From: Tubulanus polymorphus
Lineage: Eukaryota > Animalia > Nemertea
NCBI RefSeq assembly: GCF_964204645.1
Contig: NC_134032.1
Coordinates: 5,506,275 to 5,570,274, forward strand
Length of the DNA: 64,000 bases
Direction: 5' to 3'
Shown here: positions 35,621 through 48,900 of the stretch, piece after piece
How positions within the stretch are numbered: the stretch's first letter is position 1
How the letters are laid out: every line of letters starts with the position of its first letter
Notes under the pieces: generated by a model
Database searches by the model: none
Told to the model about the DNA's origin: nothing
Seen by the model: the letters and a program-made list of their open reading frames with translations, nothing else
Position numbers and translations under genes: made by a program

Positions 35621-37607
35621 CAAGAGCCCCAAGGGGCACAATGGCCAGCCTGTCAGATTTGCTTTTTATAAATGATGTAATCTGTGGGTTATATTTATCA
35701 ATATACACTCCCTGCTCAATATCATTTACATAGTAAAATCGTGTGCTAACACAGACAGCAGGAACGAATGTAATATAGAAATACTAAGTTATTGTATTGT
35801 TCAACGCCCCCTGGTGGCCATAAAAAAAACAATGAGCTTGAAACTCACCTCGATCATAGAACATGTCATGAGCTACAACTTTCCAATTGATTATAGTAGC
35901 AAAATATGCTTAAGTATCAATTATGATGTGGAAAAACTTTTTTTTCCACCTACGAATGAGTACTGATGACCCCAAGATGGCTGCCAAGTGCGTCATAATT
36001 GCCTGGTCAAAAATACCCTCTCGGATATAAAAGATCCCTTTCCAAAGAATACCCATTACAAATTGCAATGAAACATGGCGCACCATTAGAAAGCTACAGT
36101 ACTCAGAATTCAGGCCAAAATTGACATTTTTGGGAACAAAAAAGGTCACAGTACGGCCATCTTGAGTCCGATCGACTCAATTTTTCTCATGCCGATGGGC
36201 CCTCGGGGGATACAAATATATACGAATGATCAAGGTTATTGATAAAAGTGTCTTCAAAATTTCCCTCGAAAACTTCAAAAATGTGTTGATTTTGGCGAAC
36301 AACAATGGCTGCCAGTCGGCCATCTTGAATCTGACAGGGCCAGTTTTTGGCCTGAAGATGTGTCTAGTGTAGATACACGTATAAAACAAATATCAAGACA
36401 TTACCTTGAAGCGTCTTCAAAACTTTGGAACTCTCACGAACTATCTAGATGGTTATCTCTCGACCTCAATAGCTTCAAGACCCATCTCAAAACAACTTTG
36501 TTCCATGCAGCATACCATTAACTCTCGGAAAGCGAATTGTATTTAACATTTTTTGGCAGAATAAAATTTGATTGAATTTGCAATTCGGGCACATGGCTAA
36601 TTAGCATATCAAGGTCACACACCCGATTTGGTAAAACCTTTTTTCGCGAACCTTGCGCAATTGTCAAGGATGAATTTTCTGTAGAGCAAATAGAAATTCC
36701 TCCCAAACACCAAATCAACTAAAGATTTCATAGAAATCGATCTTGAAATACAATTTTAAATCTTAGAATAAAACCCGGAAGTAAAACAGTAGACGATACC
36801 GCGGATTCACGTAAACACCTGATTTCTGTAAACGAAATGTTGGTTGTGACAAAATTGTTCAGACGGTTTTAGGTGGTAATAAGTACGGAAACGTAACGAC
36901 CATGGTCGACTTATTCGATGAAATCAGGCCTATGTGATATCCAAATTTTGACTTTTTTATTCTCCAGACCTCCCTGATATAGAAATAAAAAATTTTGGTG
37001 GTACGAAAGTGCAATCACAGCGCCGACGGGGAGAGAGCCGTGTCAGAGATCGGTGGAGTGAAAATTGAGGTGGACGAACACGAAGAAGTAGGCTATTGCG
37101 CTACTTGAATCACGAAAACTCCTGGCGCGGCCCTGACGCTTTTCGTTGATTAAGTAATACAAATATCATGCAATGGGTTTTCACAATCTACCGCTGGTAT
37201 TTACCGGATTTCAATATCACTCCAAAATTCAAAGAAACCTCGAAATATCGAACCGGAACACTTCCGGTAGATATCCGCGGCTGCCCAACCGGGAAACTTA
37301 TTTGTTTCAATAGATATTGATAGGATCCATCATCTTCACCCATCAAGGGATTCGAACCCACTAAGCTAAAGCCATGCCAGAATCGGGTCGGGCCAATCAC
37401 AGCGCTTGTTACAAACCACATTAGGCTTCTGTGGAATTTCCCAGTAAAATTCTGCTCGCTACGATTCCGAGAATGGATTACGCTTAAATACGTGATTTGT
37501 TCGAATATGCCCTCACTTGGCAAGCAAAAGAGCCTTTTGTGTGGAAACCATGTCATTTAAATTCGCTCCATTTGTATAGTAATAGGCTCAGCCTACGGCT
37601 GGCCTAA
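35620..37607 (-). mobile_element. Non-autonomous Helentron-associated element (HINE / DINE-1-like)
   Basis: On - strand starts TTAGGCCAGCCGTAGGCTGAGCCT (subTIR plus hairpin) and ends CAGGCTGGCC...GCCCCTTGGGGCTCTTGT (subTIR plus stem-loop); no TSD; splits the viral hairpin; higher GC. Confidence 0.75.
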
Positions 37608-37626
37608 TAAATTAGTTTTATAATAA

Positions 37627-38013
37627 TTATTCTAATTTTGTTTCTAATATATTTATAAAATCATCTCTGTTTATATCTAATTCACTAAAAGTCTTAGGTA
37701 AATTTATTAATTTTAATTGAGCCATCTTAACATAATAATTAGTAGGTATATTAGCTTTTTCTCTTAATTTTTCTAAGTATTCATCAAAATCATCATAATC
37801 AAAATCAAAATGATATCCAAAATTATTTATCAGATAACTTAAATCTATTTTTCTAATATATAATAATTTATATATTTGTTTAGGATTATCTTCTGCATAA
37901 GCTAATAATTTATCAAATAACAACTTATAGAATATATAATATTGGTTAGTTTTAGGATTAAAATATCTGATATATTTATTTGGGTTATTTAACGATGGTA
38001 TCATACTCACCAT
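37627..38013 (-). CDS. Hypothetical protein (128 aa), present only in copy 5
   Basis: Intact ORF with viral AT composition, directly downstream of 38017-38823. Confidence 0.6.
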   Translation of the reverse strand: MVSMIPSLNNPNKYIRYFNPKTNQYYIFYKLLFDKLLAYAEDNPKQIYKLLYIRKIDLSYLINNFGYHFDFDYDDFDEYLEKLREKANIPTNYYVKMAQLKLINLPKTFSELDINRDDFINILETKLE

Positions 38014-38016
38014 TTT

Positions 38017-38823
38017 TTAAACATTAATTAGATGTAACTTTGATTTATAATGAGTATTTTCATCAACAGGTTCAATTTTCTTATTACAATATTGACACGT
38101 TTTATTTCTTTCTATTTCTTCTAATTTCCTTTCATTTTCGATATGCGCTTGAGATTTTTTATGTTTAGAAAAATTACTTTTAGAAATATCTAAATTACAA
38201 ATGTTACAATGTTTTTTAGAATCATCAATTGTTTCATTATCTGTTATATCATTATCATTAGTTTCAATTGGGTTAACATTATCTGTTATATTATCTATGG
38301 TATCATTTGTTTCAATTGGGTTAACATTATTTATTACATTATCTGTTATATTATCTATGGTATCATTTGTTTCAATTGTATTAACATTATCTATGATATT
38401 ATCTATTATATTATTATTAGATATATTATTATCATTATTATTCTTTTCTTTTTCTATATGTTTATTTGATTTCTTATGTGATGCCCAATTTTTATGTGAT
38501 ATATATTTCTTACATACATCACAATATTTTTCATTTGTCTTTTTGGTTTTGATATCAGGTTCAATCTTATCATTATTAGATGTAGTAGGTATTACTGTAG
38601 TAGGTATTACTGTAGTAGGTATTACATTATTATCAATTACATTACTTAAATTATCAACAACTTCACTTTTATTATTATCGATTTCTATTAGTTTAGTTTT
38701 ATAAATTTTGAAAATAGGATCAAATATCAAAGCTATATTACAAGGTATTACATAATATAAACCATCATTATTTTCATGTGTATCGATGTATGGAATATGT
38801 TTATATACTTTACCTCCTTCCAT
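38017..38823 (-). CDS. MEGGKVY-family variable protein with three CxxC...H...H zinc fingers and Asn/Asp/Thr-rich repeats
   Basis: YCDVCKK...HKKSNKH, HCNICNL...HKKSQAH, TCQYCNK...HYKSKLH; (IETNDTIDNITDNV)n repeats. Confidence 0.75.
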   Translation of the reverse strand: MEGGKVYKHIPYIDTHENNDGLYYVIPCNIALIFDPIFKIYKTKLIEIDNNKSEVVDNLSNVIDNNVIPTTVIPTTVIPTTSNNDKIEPDIKTKKTNEKYCDVCKKYISHKNWASHKKSNKHIEKEKNNNDNNISNNNIIDNIIDNVNTIETNDTIDNITDNVINNVNPIETNDTIDNITDNVNPIETNDNDITDNETIDDSKKHCNICNLDISKSNFSKHKKSQAHIENERKLEEIERNKTCQYCNKKIEPVDENTHYKSKLHLINV

Positions 38824-38855
38824 TTATTATATATATTTTTATTAAAGTTAAAATT

Positions 38856-40103
38856 TTAATACATAACACTATCTAATTGTGAATTTACAATATTTAATTG
38901 CGCGTCACATATAATATAAATGTGCATTTTAACATTTTTGATTCCTTTATTCTTTGTCATGAATAATTGTATTCCATCTTTAGTGTTCTGTAATTTTTTT
39001 CCAGAACCATGTAATGAATTATCCTCTGTTGTTCTAAAATCTAACCATAATGCATATTTATTGCCGGTATAATAATCAATTTGATTAATGTTACAATTTT
39101 CAGATGATTTCACTTTTTCATTCATAAAATGTTTTCTAATTTCTGGCCATTGATCAATCATTCTCATTCCTTGACAAAATATTTTATTTGCTATTCCTTC
39201 GATAGTTATTTCTACTTTTGTTATTTCGGGATTATAATAATTATCAACATTTATTGCGCCATTAGTATATGTTGCAATGGTAAAAAATATTAATATGCCT
39301 TTAATAGATCTTCTTGGGAAGTTAATATTCTCATTAATTATTTCATCATTTGCATTAATAGTTACAGTTTTAAATGTATCAATATAATCATATAATAATG
39401 AAAATCCTTGATTGTATTGAGTTTGAATTATACTTGAAATATTTTCATCAGTTACTGTATCATATTCTAAACATATATTCGATAATTTATAACTCATATC
39501 TTTAACAACGCTAGATAATACAATTTCATTTACAGGAGCAAATGTTATTTCGAATATAACGTCTTCTTTAATTGCGTATTTATATAAAGGTGCATTATTA
39601 TTTATCAATTCAAAATCTAATGGAATTTTATATTTGCTTCCATATATACTTTTTATCAATTTATCTACAGCATTAGTTAATATTGCGTTATTAGCTTCTG
39701 ATCTTAATTTATTTTGGTTTTCTGATTGGATGCCTTGAAATATCATATTATTTCTATTTTCTTTAGTTAACCATAAATCTTTATAATGCATAAATAAATT
39801 ATAATCATCTAATGAGAAAACTGTTTCTGGACCAATCTTTATTGTTAATTTTTTAATCAAATATCTTCCAACATTATCAACAACATAATTATTATTATTA
39901 CCGATTACTTTTATATCGGCCGATAAATAAATACTATTTGGAACATAAAAAGTATTTTTTGTTAATCGAGGGATTCTAACGTATAAAGTTTCATCGGGAT
40001 TAATATTAGAAGGGTTATGAGTAATTATATGATGAGATCTTTCTGCTTTAATAGCATTAGATATTCTATGATTCTTAGAAGGATTGATATAACTCCCACT
40101 CAT
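38856..40103 (-). CDS. Major capsid protein (double jelly-roll, hexon-like), intact, 415 aa
   Basis: Most conserved gene across copies; beta-rich; size and context typical of a Polinton/adintovirus MCP. Confidence 0.85.
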   Translation of the reverse strand: MSGSYINPSKNHRISNAIKAERSHHIITHNPSNINPDETLYVRIPRLTKNTFYVPNSIYLSADIKVIGNNNNYVVDNVGRYLIKKLTIKIGPETVFSLDDYNLFMHYKDLWLTKENRNNMIFQGIQSENQNKLRSEANNAILTNAVDKLIKSIYGSKYKIPLDFELINNNAPLYKYAIKEDVIFEITFAPVNEIVLSSVVKDMSYKLSNICLEYDTVTDENISSIIQTQYNQGFSLLYDYIDTFKTVTINANDEIINENINFPRRSIKGILIFFTIATYTNGAINVDNYYNPEITKVEITIEGIANKIFCQGMRMIDQWPEIRKHFMNEKVKSSENCNINQIDYYTGNKYALWLDFRTTEDNSLHGSGKKLQNTKDGIQLFMTKNKGIKNVKMHIYIICDAQLNIVNSQLDSVMY

Positions 40104-40142
40104 TTATTTAACAAAAAATTAATTATTTATTTTTAATCATGG

Positions 40143-41873
40143 TTACTTTATATTTTTTGATATCATGTTTACTAACCCAAAAATAATAGCACTTACAACT
40201 GTAATTAAAAATAAAATAATATGTTCAGCAGCAAAGTTAAGAATATTCCCAGCAGATTTCAATATAAAACCAACAATTGATGCAATAATTCCTGGTAAAG
40301 CTGCAGCAGATTTTTTAGATAGTTCCCATAAATATTTTGCTAATTTCTTTAAACCATCTTTAACTTTATCTTGTATAGAATTATTATCATTTGGGGGTTT
40401 ATCTGGCTTATTGGGAGTGGGAGTAGGAGTAGATTTTAAAGCATTTGATATAGCTAAACCTATTGTTGTAAATAACATAGTTACAGCTGTTAGAATTGAA
40501 AGAATTGTTATTCCTTCTTATTCAAATAACAATTTTATTCTATCTTTCAATGATATTTCAGAATCTGGTTTTATCAACAAATCTTTAAAAATAACTTTTA
40601 ATTTTTTAATATGATTAAGATCATATGATTTTAATAATGTATCTCTTTCTTTTTCCTGTAATTCTTTGTTATATTTTAAATCATCTATTTCTTTTTCTAA
40701 AGCTAACTTTCTGCTTTCATAATCAGCTTCCTCGATTAATTGAAGATCTCTATTTAATTCTAATTGTTTTAATTCTTCATTTGCATTAGTTAATTCTTTT
40801 TCTAACATGGTTATTTTAGAAAATCTCATCTTAATATTAGCAATTTCACCAGCTGATTCTTGCATACCTTTAATTTCTCTACGTGTTTTTTCAGGAAATT
40901 GTTTTAATTCTTCATCAGTTAAATCAAGTAATCCTTTTTCTAGTAAAGATTGTATTCGATTTATTCCAGTTTCAGAACCAGATGTATCTGATATACTATT
41001 CATCAGTTCTTCTGAATCTCTTAATCTATCAATTTGTTTTTCAAATGTTAATTGTAATTGACTTGAATCATTATCAATTTGTTGAGTGTCTCTTCTCGAT
41101 GTTTCGGGCGTTGAAGATCTTAATTTATCTAATCGATGTGCAAAATCTTCATCAGTTTCTGGATCAACATCAGTAGGATTTGGATTTGGATTTTTAAATG
41201 GTGAATATTTGTTTATATCAATATTAGGAATTGGTTCTTCTTCATTTATTCTATCGATTGCATTCCATATAATTCTGAGAAATTCTCTACCACCTTTTGA
41301 ACCTTCAATTGTAGATAATGCTCGCATTCCAGGTTCAAAAATATTTTCTTGACCCTTTCTAGATAATTGAATTGATACAGTATTCCTATTTAATTCAAGA
41401 TTATAATACCATGAATCATTTTTAAATTCTAAATTATTCGTGAAATATGGGTCATCTTTAAAAATTTGTTCTACAACATCTTCAGTATCAATTTCATCTA
41501 TTACAACTTTTGGTAATAATTCGTTAACAATTGTATCTGTTACTCTAGATTTCATTCTATATAATTCCATAGGTTTATCAGGATATTTTTCTTGTTGTTT
41601 TACTAATAGTTCCATAAATTCTTTTCTTTCTGTTCTAGTTGAAATTCTACCACTTTCAGGAGCTTTTAAATATTTATTTAATTTTTCACGTAATTCGGAA
41701 TTAATTCCATCATAATCATCATCATAATCATCATCTTCACCTAAATTAGTATTATATTCTGGCTCATTACCGTCATTAAAACTTGTTTCACTAAAATCAG
41801 GTTGTTGTTCATCACTTATACCAGGTTCATCTAAAGGATCCAATGGAATATCTTCTCCACCTTCTACATCCAT
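40143..41873 (-). pseudogene. Acidic/coiled-coil/TM protein (single stop at about 40518)
   Basis: ORFs 40518-41873 and 40143-40478 are in the same frame. Confidence 0.75.
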
Positions 41874-41889
41874 TTATATAATAAGAAAA

Positions 41890-43271
41890 TTAAATTTTAA
41901 AATATAATATTTCTCCGATTATAATTCCTATACAAGTTATAGCTAATTTAGTATTTTCATGGGATTTATTATCATTATCAGTTTTGATTATATCATGTTG
42001 AATAATATCGGTTTTAATATCTTCTGATGTATTATAATCTTTTATTTTAGAATCATTATTTAATTTAATATTATTAGTTTCAGTTGATTGAATATGTTTT
42101 TTATTTTTTTCACCTTCCATTAATTTTGGAGCAGTAATAATCTTTTTATTTATATCATTCAATCCAAATGAATTATTTATTGTTGCAGTTTTAATTAGAT
42201 TATTATAACCCATTATGTTTCCCATCTTTAATACTAAATCATTCGAAATAATTAATAGATTAGGGCCTATACAATAATTAAGTCTTACATGAGATTTATC
42301 TAAATAATTTTGATATCTTATAATGTTTTCTGGAATCGATCTATTTTTATCATTATGTATGGAATCATCAAATAATACTTTGAATTGTTTCTGTGTATCG
42401 AATGAAGTATTCAAATTTCCAATTATTGGGGATCTTGTTTCAACCTGTGATCCTAGAATACATATCAAATAAGTTCTAATAGATTGATTTATTCTTTCTA
42501 TACCTGATTTAGTAAAACCTTCACTATTTTCTAAAATAAAATAAACCCAACCATTATTGTTTTCTTGTTTTAAATTATCATAAAATTTCGGTAATTTATT
42601 GAAATTTAATGTTTCTAAATCCTTTGTTTCTATTTTACCATAACCTAATTTATTATTATAGATATTATAAAATCTATTAGATGGTATGGGAAGTGCACAA
42701 TATTCTGCAATCTTTTAGGACAAGGAAGTGATCTTATTGTTCCAATTTTTGTTCTAAAATCAGAATTATTTATATCTATATTAAATTCATTACAAATTTT
42801 ATAAAACTTTGATAAATTAATATTATTATCTAATTCTTTAAAATATCTAGATCCTGGTAAAGCGCACTCTAATTCATTTAATATATTTCTGATTTGAAAG
42901 TATGTATGAAATCTAAATAAACTTTGAATTAATTTATATTTAGAATTATTCAAATGATCATTCCAACTAATTCCACATCCTGTTGTTGAACAATAAACAG
43001 CAAAATTTAATTGGTTCTGCCAATACTTCATATTACATTTTAATAACCATTGTTTTTCATCTTTCAATTTTTTAAAATTAATTAAATATACATGAAATAT
43101 ATTTTCCATCTTTGCATTAAAATTATTAGTTTCAGTAACATAAATTTCTAAATTAGTTAATGAATCTAAAACTTCATTTCTATATGTAATATCTTTATTA
43201 AAATCTATTGCTGGAATATTATATTTAATTGATTTATTATATTGGAAAGCTTTTGGAAAACTATCTACCAT
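41890..43271 (-). pseudogene. WQNQLNF-family protein with C-terminal TM (one frameshift)
   Basis: ORFs 42645-43271 and 41890-42468. Confidence 0.75.
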
Positions 43272-43287
43272 TTATATAATTAAAAAA

Positions 43288-43722
43288 TTAATAATTTATT
43301 AATTCTTTTAATAATTTATCTTGTTCTTCAACTGTTATATGACCATTTAAACTTATTATATAATCTAGTGTATTCTTTAATTTCTTAATTTCTTTTATAT
43401 TAGTTTTAATTTTTTCTTTATTACTTTTTATATTTAATTTTGAACTTATTCCGGTTAAAACACTTGAACTTAATCCTAACACACCAATTGATATAGCTAA
43501 AGGTGTTAATGGACTGAATATTGCTAGAAATGTTATTACAGAACTAATTATAACCGAACCACTTATAATCAAATAATATATAATTTTACTTTTTAAATAT
43601 TTTTTCTTTTTTATCTTTAAGTCACTTTCAAATTCTAATATTTGTTTTTCTAAATATGTTTTTAATTTAGTTTTATTTATATCATGAGGAATAATATCAA
43701 TATTATCAATATTATCATCCAT
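43288..43722 (-). CDS. Two-TM coiled-coil protein (144 aa)
   Basis: Homologue of 16162-16596. Confidence 0.75.
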   Translation of the reverse strand: MDDNIDNIDIIPHDINKTKLKTYLEKQILEFESDLKIKKKKYLKSKIIYYLIISGSVIISSVITFLAIFSPLTPLAISIGVLGLSSSVLTGISSKLNIKSNKEKIKTNIKEIKKLKNTLDYIISLNGHITVEEQDKLLKELINY

Positions 43723-43741
43723 TTATTTAGCAAAAAAATTA

Positions 43742-44164
43742 CTAATTAGTAAATTTATATGCTACAAATATAACAATAACAGTTCCACCTAAAATCCATA
43801 TTATTTCATATTTCTGTTGTTCTTTACTCGGGGTATAATAATCTGATAATTTAGGTTTGTATAGATGTAATTTTTCTTTATTGGTTACCGCGTTATATAA
43901 ACTCATTGCATCATCAACTGATTGAAAATCTCTATGTGAAATCTTCTGATCATATAATTCCTTGTTAATATAATCCATATAGTTTGGTCGTTTTTCTCTA
44001 TATTCTTCTGCAGCTTTATTATATTTCTCTAACGCTAAGTTATGTCTTCTTTGTTCTCCTAATGAACTATTTTTATCAATATGTTTAAATAAATAACCAC
44101 CACCAGTAAATGCCAAAGCGTTAACAATTGCCGATCCTATAATAGTTATAATTGCAGAAGCCAT
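43742..44164 (-). CDS. Membrane/coiled-coil protein (140 aa)
   Basis: Homologue of 15719-16141. Confidence 0.75.
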   Translation of the reverse strand: MASAIITIIGSAIVNALAFTGGGYLFKHIDKNSSLGEQRRHNLALEKYNKAAEEYREKRPNYMDYINKELYDQKISHRDFQSVDDAMSLYNAVTNKEKLHLYKPKLSDYYTPSKEQQKYEIIWILGGTVIVIFVAYKFTN

Positions 44165-44188
44165 TTATTTAGCAAAAAAATTATGTAT

Positions 44189-44410
44189 TTATATGGGAGG
44201 AATATATTTTTGTTTTTCCAAATAATCAATAGTTAAATTAGATAAAGTAACTGCTAACGTTAATTTTAAAATATCATTTATATCAAATCTATCAACATTA
44301 ACACTTCCCATTTTAAATACTTTTTTTAATACCATTGAATAACCAACAGTTCCAACTGATAGTAATGCGCCATTATATAATCCAGTTATTATCCACTTAT
44401 TATCACTCAT
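44189..44410 (-). CDS. Small membrane protein (73 aa)
   Basis: Identical to 15473-15694. Confidence 0.75.
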   Translation of the reverse strand: MSDNKWIITGLYNGALLSVGTVGYSMVLKKVFKMGSVNVDRFDINDILKLTLAVTLSNLTIDYLEKQKYIPPI

Positions 44411-44752
44411 TTATTTATCAAAAAAATTACTATCATCAAAATATTTAGTTAATTTATTTATGATTAATTCAACATTTATTTCATTACTACTTTTATGATT
44501 ATCGTATATTTTGGATAATATGTTTTTGATATCTTCAATAATTCCATCTTCATTTAATTCATAATATTCTAAAGGTGATTTAATTAAATCAATTACTTTT
44601 TCTATATTATAATTTTCTTTATCAATCATTGACGCATTGTTAAATGATTTACTTTATATATCAGTAATTACATCATTTAGTTTAATTCTCATTTCTTTAC
44701 CATGTTTAAAATCAAACCCAAAACATATACTCGGTCCAACAGTTATATTCAT
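44411..44752 (-). pseudogene. Hypothetical acidic protein with internal stop
   Basis: Homologue of 26136-26477. Confidence 0.7.
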
Positions 44753-44769
44753 TTATATAGTGAAAAAAA

Positions 44770-45530
44770 TTACTCTCTACATCTTATAACTAATTCATAA
44801 ATTACAGGGAAATTATTTAAATCAATTAAGTATCCATTATGATTTCTAATTTCTAATCTAAAATTATTAAAACGAGGAATGCATGGTTTGAAATCACATT
44901 CTGTTAAATTATAATTTATTTGCGTTCCAAATTCTTTAACATTCTTCAATGGTAAAATGTTTAGTAAACCAGAATTACAAGTTATATCTTTAGTTGCTTC
45001 GAATGTTTTGTAGGATCGATTAAATTGCAATAAATATACAAATGTGTGTAAGGTATTAAGTTTGGTGTAGTAGCGTCAATATTTGTAAAAGATCTATCTG
45101 GAAGAATTCCTAACAGTTTAGCTATAGGTTTTTTTACCATAAATTTATGTTTTTCACTATTAGACAACCTTATCTTTATTCTATCAGAACTCTCACTTTT
45201 TAAAAATCTAATACTAAACCCAGAACTACTACCTAATTAGTGCCAGGCCTTTCTATTAATTTCTTGTGCTAATGTATCTAAATTATATAACCCTGGTTTT
45301 AAATATATATAGACCCATTCATTTTTATTTTTATTAAAAACTAAAAAGGCTCTATGTTCAATAGTTTTATTCGATATATTGTAAAAAGAATTACATAAAC
45401 TTATATTAACTAATTTTAAATCTACACAATTCTTGAATTCTCTATCTAATTGTACTAGTAAATTATGTGATTTATAATTTGTAAGTTTTCTAGAATCTAC
45501 AAATATTCTGTATTCTTTTAATTCTACCAT
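44770..45530 (-). pseudogene. Minor capsid protein (penton), disrupted
   Basis: Three ORF pieces homologous to 26495-27246. Confidence 0.75.
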
Positions 45531-45547
45531 TTATTTTACATATTTTC

Positions 45548-45901
45548 TCATTCGAAATCTATTTCATGGTGACCTTTTTCATTCTTACCTTTGTATACGA
45601 AATAGAAATCTCCAGAACATAATTCTTCTAAATCTTCACTTGATAATCTATGAAATCTATCTGGTAAATATGTTCTAAATTTATATGTATTTCCTTTTAA
45701 TCCTTCATATTCTAAGTGTATAACTAATTTATCTCCATAGTTATTAGTAACTGTAACAATATTTGTAATTAGATATTTCTTATGGATTGTTAATTCTGTT
45801 AACTTTTTGAATTTATAATCTACAGATTTAACATTTGTGATATCTTTAATTCTATCTAGAAATAATTTGTTGTTCTCACTGTGTGCTTGTTTACTCTCCA
45901 T
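45548..45901 (-). CDS. 117-aa putative OB-fold/SSB-like protein
   Basis: Homologue of 13975-14328. Confidence 0.6.
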   Translation of the reverse strand: MESKQAHSENNKLFLDRIKDITNVKSVDYKFKKLTELTIHKKYLITNIVTVTNNYGDKLVIHLEYEGLKGNTYKFRTYLPDRFHRLSSEDLEELCSGDFYFVYKGKNEKGHHEIDFE

Positions 45902-45929
45902 TTTAATAACATATTTTTTTTAAATTTGA

Positions 45930-48900
45930 TTAACACGTTAGAATTCTTTTCATTATCTCGTTCTCTTTTGTTTTTTCTCTTTTAAATTTTAAGTATTCAT
46001 CTAAATTACAACCATAAGCAACTGTATGAATTCCATCATCTAAAATATATCTTTTATCATCAAATGGGTTTAGACTTATCTTTTAAATTTCTTCAATAAA
46101 CATTTCATGATCTTCAGATCTTAAACATCTCATCTTATGTTTTCTAACTTCTTCATTGAATATACAATTTATGTAATCTTTGAAATGAATATTCTTTTCT
46201 ACTACACTTTTGGTTATTCCTTTTAACTTTTTAGCTTCATGTTCTTTAGTTTTATATGAATACATTCTAGATCTAATACCAATGAATTCAATCATTTCTT
46301 CACCACCTATTTCATCTTTGAATTTACCGGGAACTTTTTTATTATCATTGCTAAACAATTCATGATTTTTAGGATAGTTACTAAAATCAAAATGATGTTT
46401 TAATGTTTTTAAATCATCAGTTATGTTATCAGTTTTTATCTTTAATATGTAAGAATCGGTATCAAAATATAATATTTCTATATGTTTTTCTCCAAAAAGT
46501 GGTTGTAATACATTATAATAGAATTCATACATTAGTAATTTTGATAATTCTAAAACTGAAGCGCCAACATAGATTGGTTTATTAAATTTCATAGAAGTTC
46601 TTCTCATCTTAACTGCGGCTAAATTTTCATCAAATATTCTGTTACCTAAAAACGTAGGATATGATTGTAAATGTCTAATTCTTTTACCATTACTGACTAA
46701 CTCAATATCATTTCTATTTCTAATATTTTCACAAGTCTTACCATAGAATGCATTATTCATTAACTTGAAGAAATCTTTTTCGAAATCAGTTTTAGCTTTA
46801 GTTCTCTGTTTGGTGTTAAAATCTATATATTTTTCTAACCACTTAGATTGGTTAAATGAAATATATCTATGTACTTTTTTTAGAACCATTCCTTGATTCA
46901 AATAAAACTTCAACATTCTATAATGTACTACATAATTATATTTATCTTCTTGAGTTACCATTAACTTTTCTGTATGAATATGATTTTCGGGTTTAATTCT
47001 TTTTTGATAATTTGATAATTCTTCATGAGTTACAGTTTTATGTTCAGGACAGTAAGCTAGATTTCTAGATTTAAATTTAATATGTTCAGGATATTCTAAA
47101 TCTACAACAAAGAAGTAACCAGTATCTGAATCATCTGCAATATCTAGGATTCTTTTCTTCCAATCAAATTTATCATTATTTTCATTCTGTAAAACTTCAG
47201 TTAATTCAAATACTCCATAAGGTTGTGGTTCCATCATTGCCCAACCATACAAATTATTTGCATCTATATATACTAACTTATATCCAGGGTTATCATTTAC
47301 ATTGAAATATCTATCACCTAATACACCTGAAACACCTCCTCTTATAGATTTTTCAAATAATAGTAATTGATCTATATTTGTTAACAAATCCATTTTTATA
47401 TCTGTAAATTTTAATCCACAATCCCATGTTAATCCTGGTGATGAATAACAATGGCAAGGATCAATATTAAAATATTTTAGGTTTACATCTCTAAACCTTT
47501 CGAATATATCGGTTAATAATAATACATCTGATTTTAGATATAAATCAACTAATTGCCCATGATTTTCTATTTTGAAATGATTCCAAATATTCAATGTTCT
47601 ATTATAGACTTCATCTTTAACATATTCGTTTTTTAATTCATCATAGAATTGTTCTTTCAATAATTCAGTTATGTTAAAATCATTATGATTTTTATAGAAA
47701 GAATATGGAATTGCTCCTTTATATCTCATTAATTTAAAATCATCAATATTTGGGTAATGTTGCTTTAATATTTTTAATTCATCATCAACTAATGATTTTG
47801 ATAAGTTATCTAATGAACTATTTAAAAATCTATATGAATCTATAAATCTTAGGCAACCAAATTGGAATGATATATAATTCTCAGATGTTTTAGCTAACAT
47901 TCTAAATTTATAAGTTGGTATTTTATCTTTTGATCTATTTGAATTTAATATTTCTATTTCATTATTAATTTCTTCTATTTTATGACATAAGTGTTTGATT
48001 AATAAATGTGCATCATATCCTGATAGATTATGAAATATAACTGGTACAAAATTAATTTTCTTAGCTTGTAAGTTACAATTCTCATGTGCAAATGATCATG
48101 GTCTCTTACTTTTTTATCTTTATAATTAAATATCTTTTCACAATAATAACATTTACCTGAAAACACAAATTCTTCTTTATCTTCTTCTGTCATTATAATT
48201 TCTATATTTGTATTCAATAATTTACTAAATCTTATTTCATATTCAATTAATAAGTCACAAAAATGATTGATAACATTTTCATTTCTATAATTATAATATT
48301 CACTTTCAATTAGTTCTGGATAATCAGATTTTATATATAACCCGAAAGCAGCAGCTGATTGATGAATCTTTTTAATAGTATTTGTTTTTGGTGGTTCATC
48401 TGAAAAATCATTTTCATTAGAATTCAATTTCTTTCTTTTATAATATATTTCTTTTCTATCTTGATCAGTTAATACTTTATTTAATGATTCAAAATCTCCA
48501 TATATAACAAATGGTACTTTATTTTTGTAATGATATTTTTTGAATTCTAATATTTTATCCTTTTCATTTGGTAAAACTAATTTGCAATAATCATGATTTT
48601 CACATAATTGTTTATGATTTAATAATGTACTTTCATTACTGAATTTATGTAAACATTTTCTACATAGATATATTTTATTATGGTGATCACTTTCTGTTCT
48701 AAAAAATAAATCTATTTGTTTAATCCACATATAATGATTCTCATAATATAGTATATCTATAACATCATTTGAATCATAATCTTTTGATAGATATAAAGGT
48801 TCTAATGTATAATGTTTTATGTTGTTACCTTTTGTATTTGGTAATTTGATTAAATCAAATACATTTATTCTTAAATTATTATCTCTTTCTATTTTTGGGA

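Noticed and set aside
35910-37556. Short ORFs inside the HINE
   Set aside because: No Rep/helicase or other recognisable motifs; likely chance ORFs
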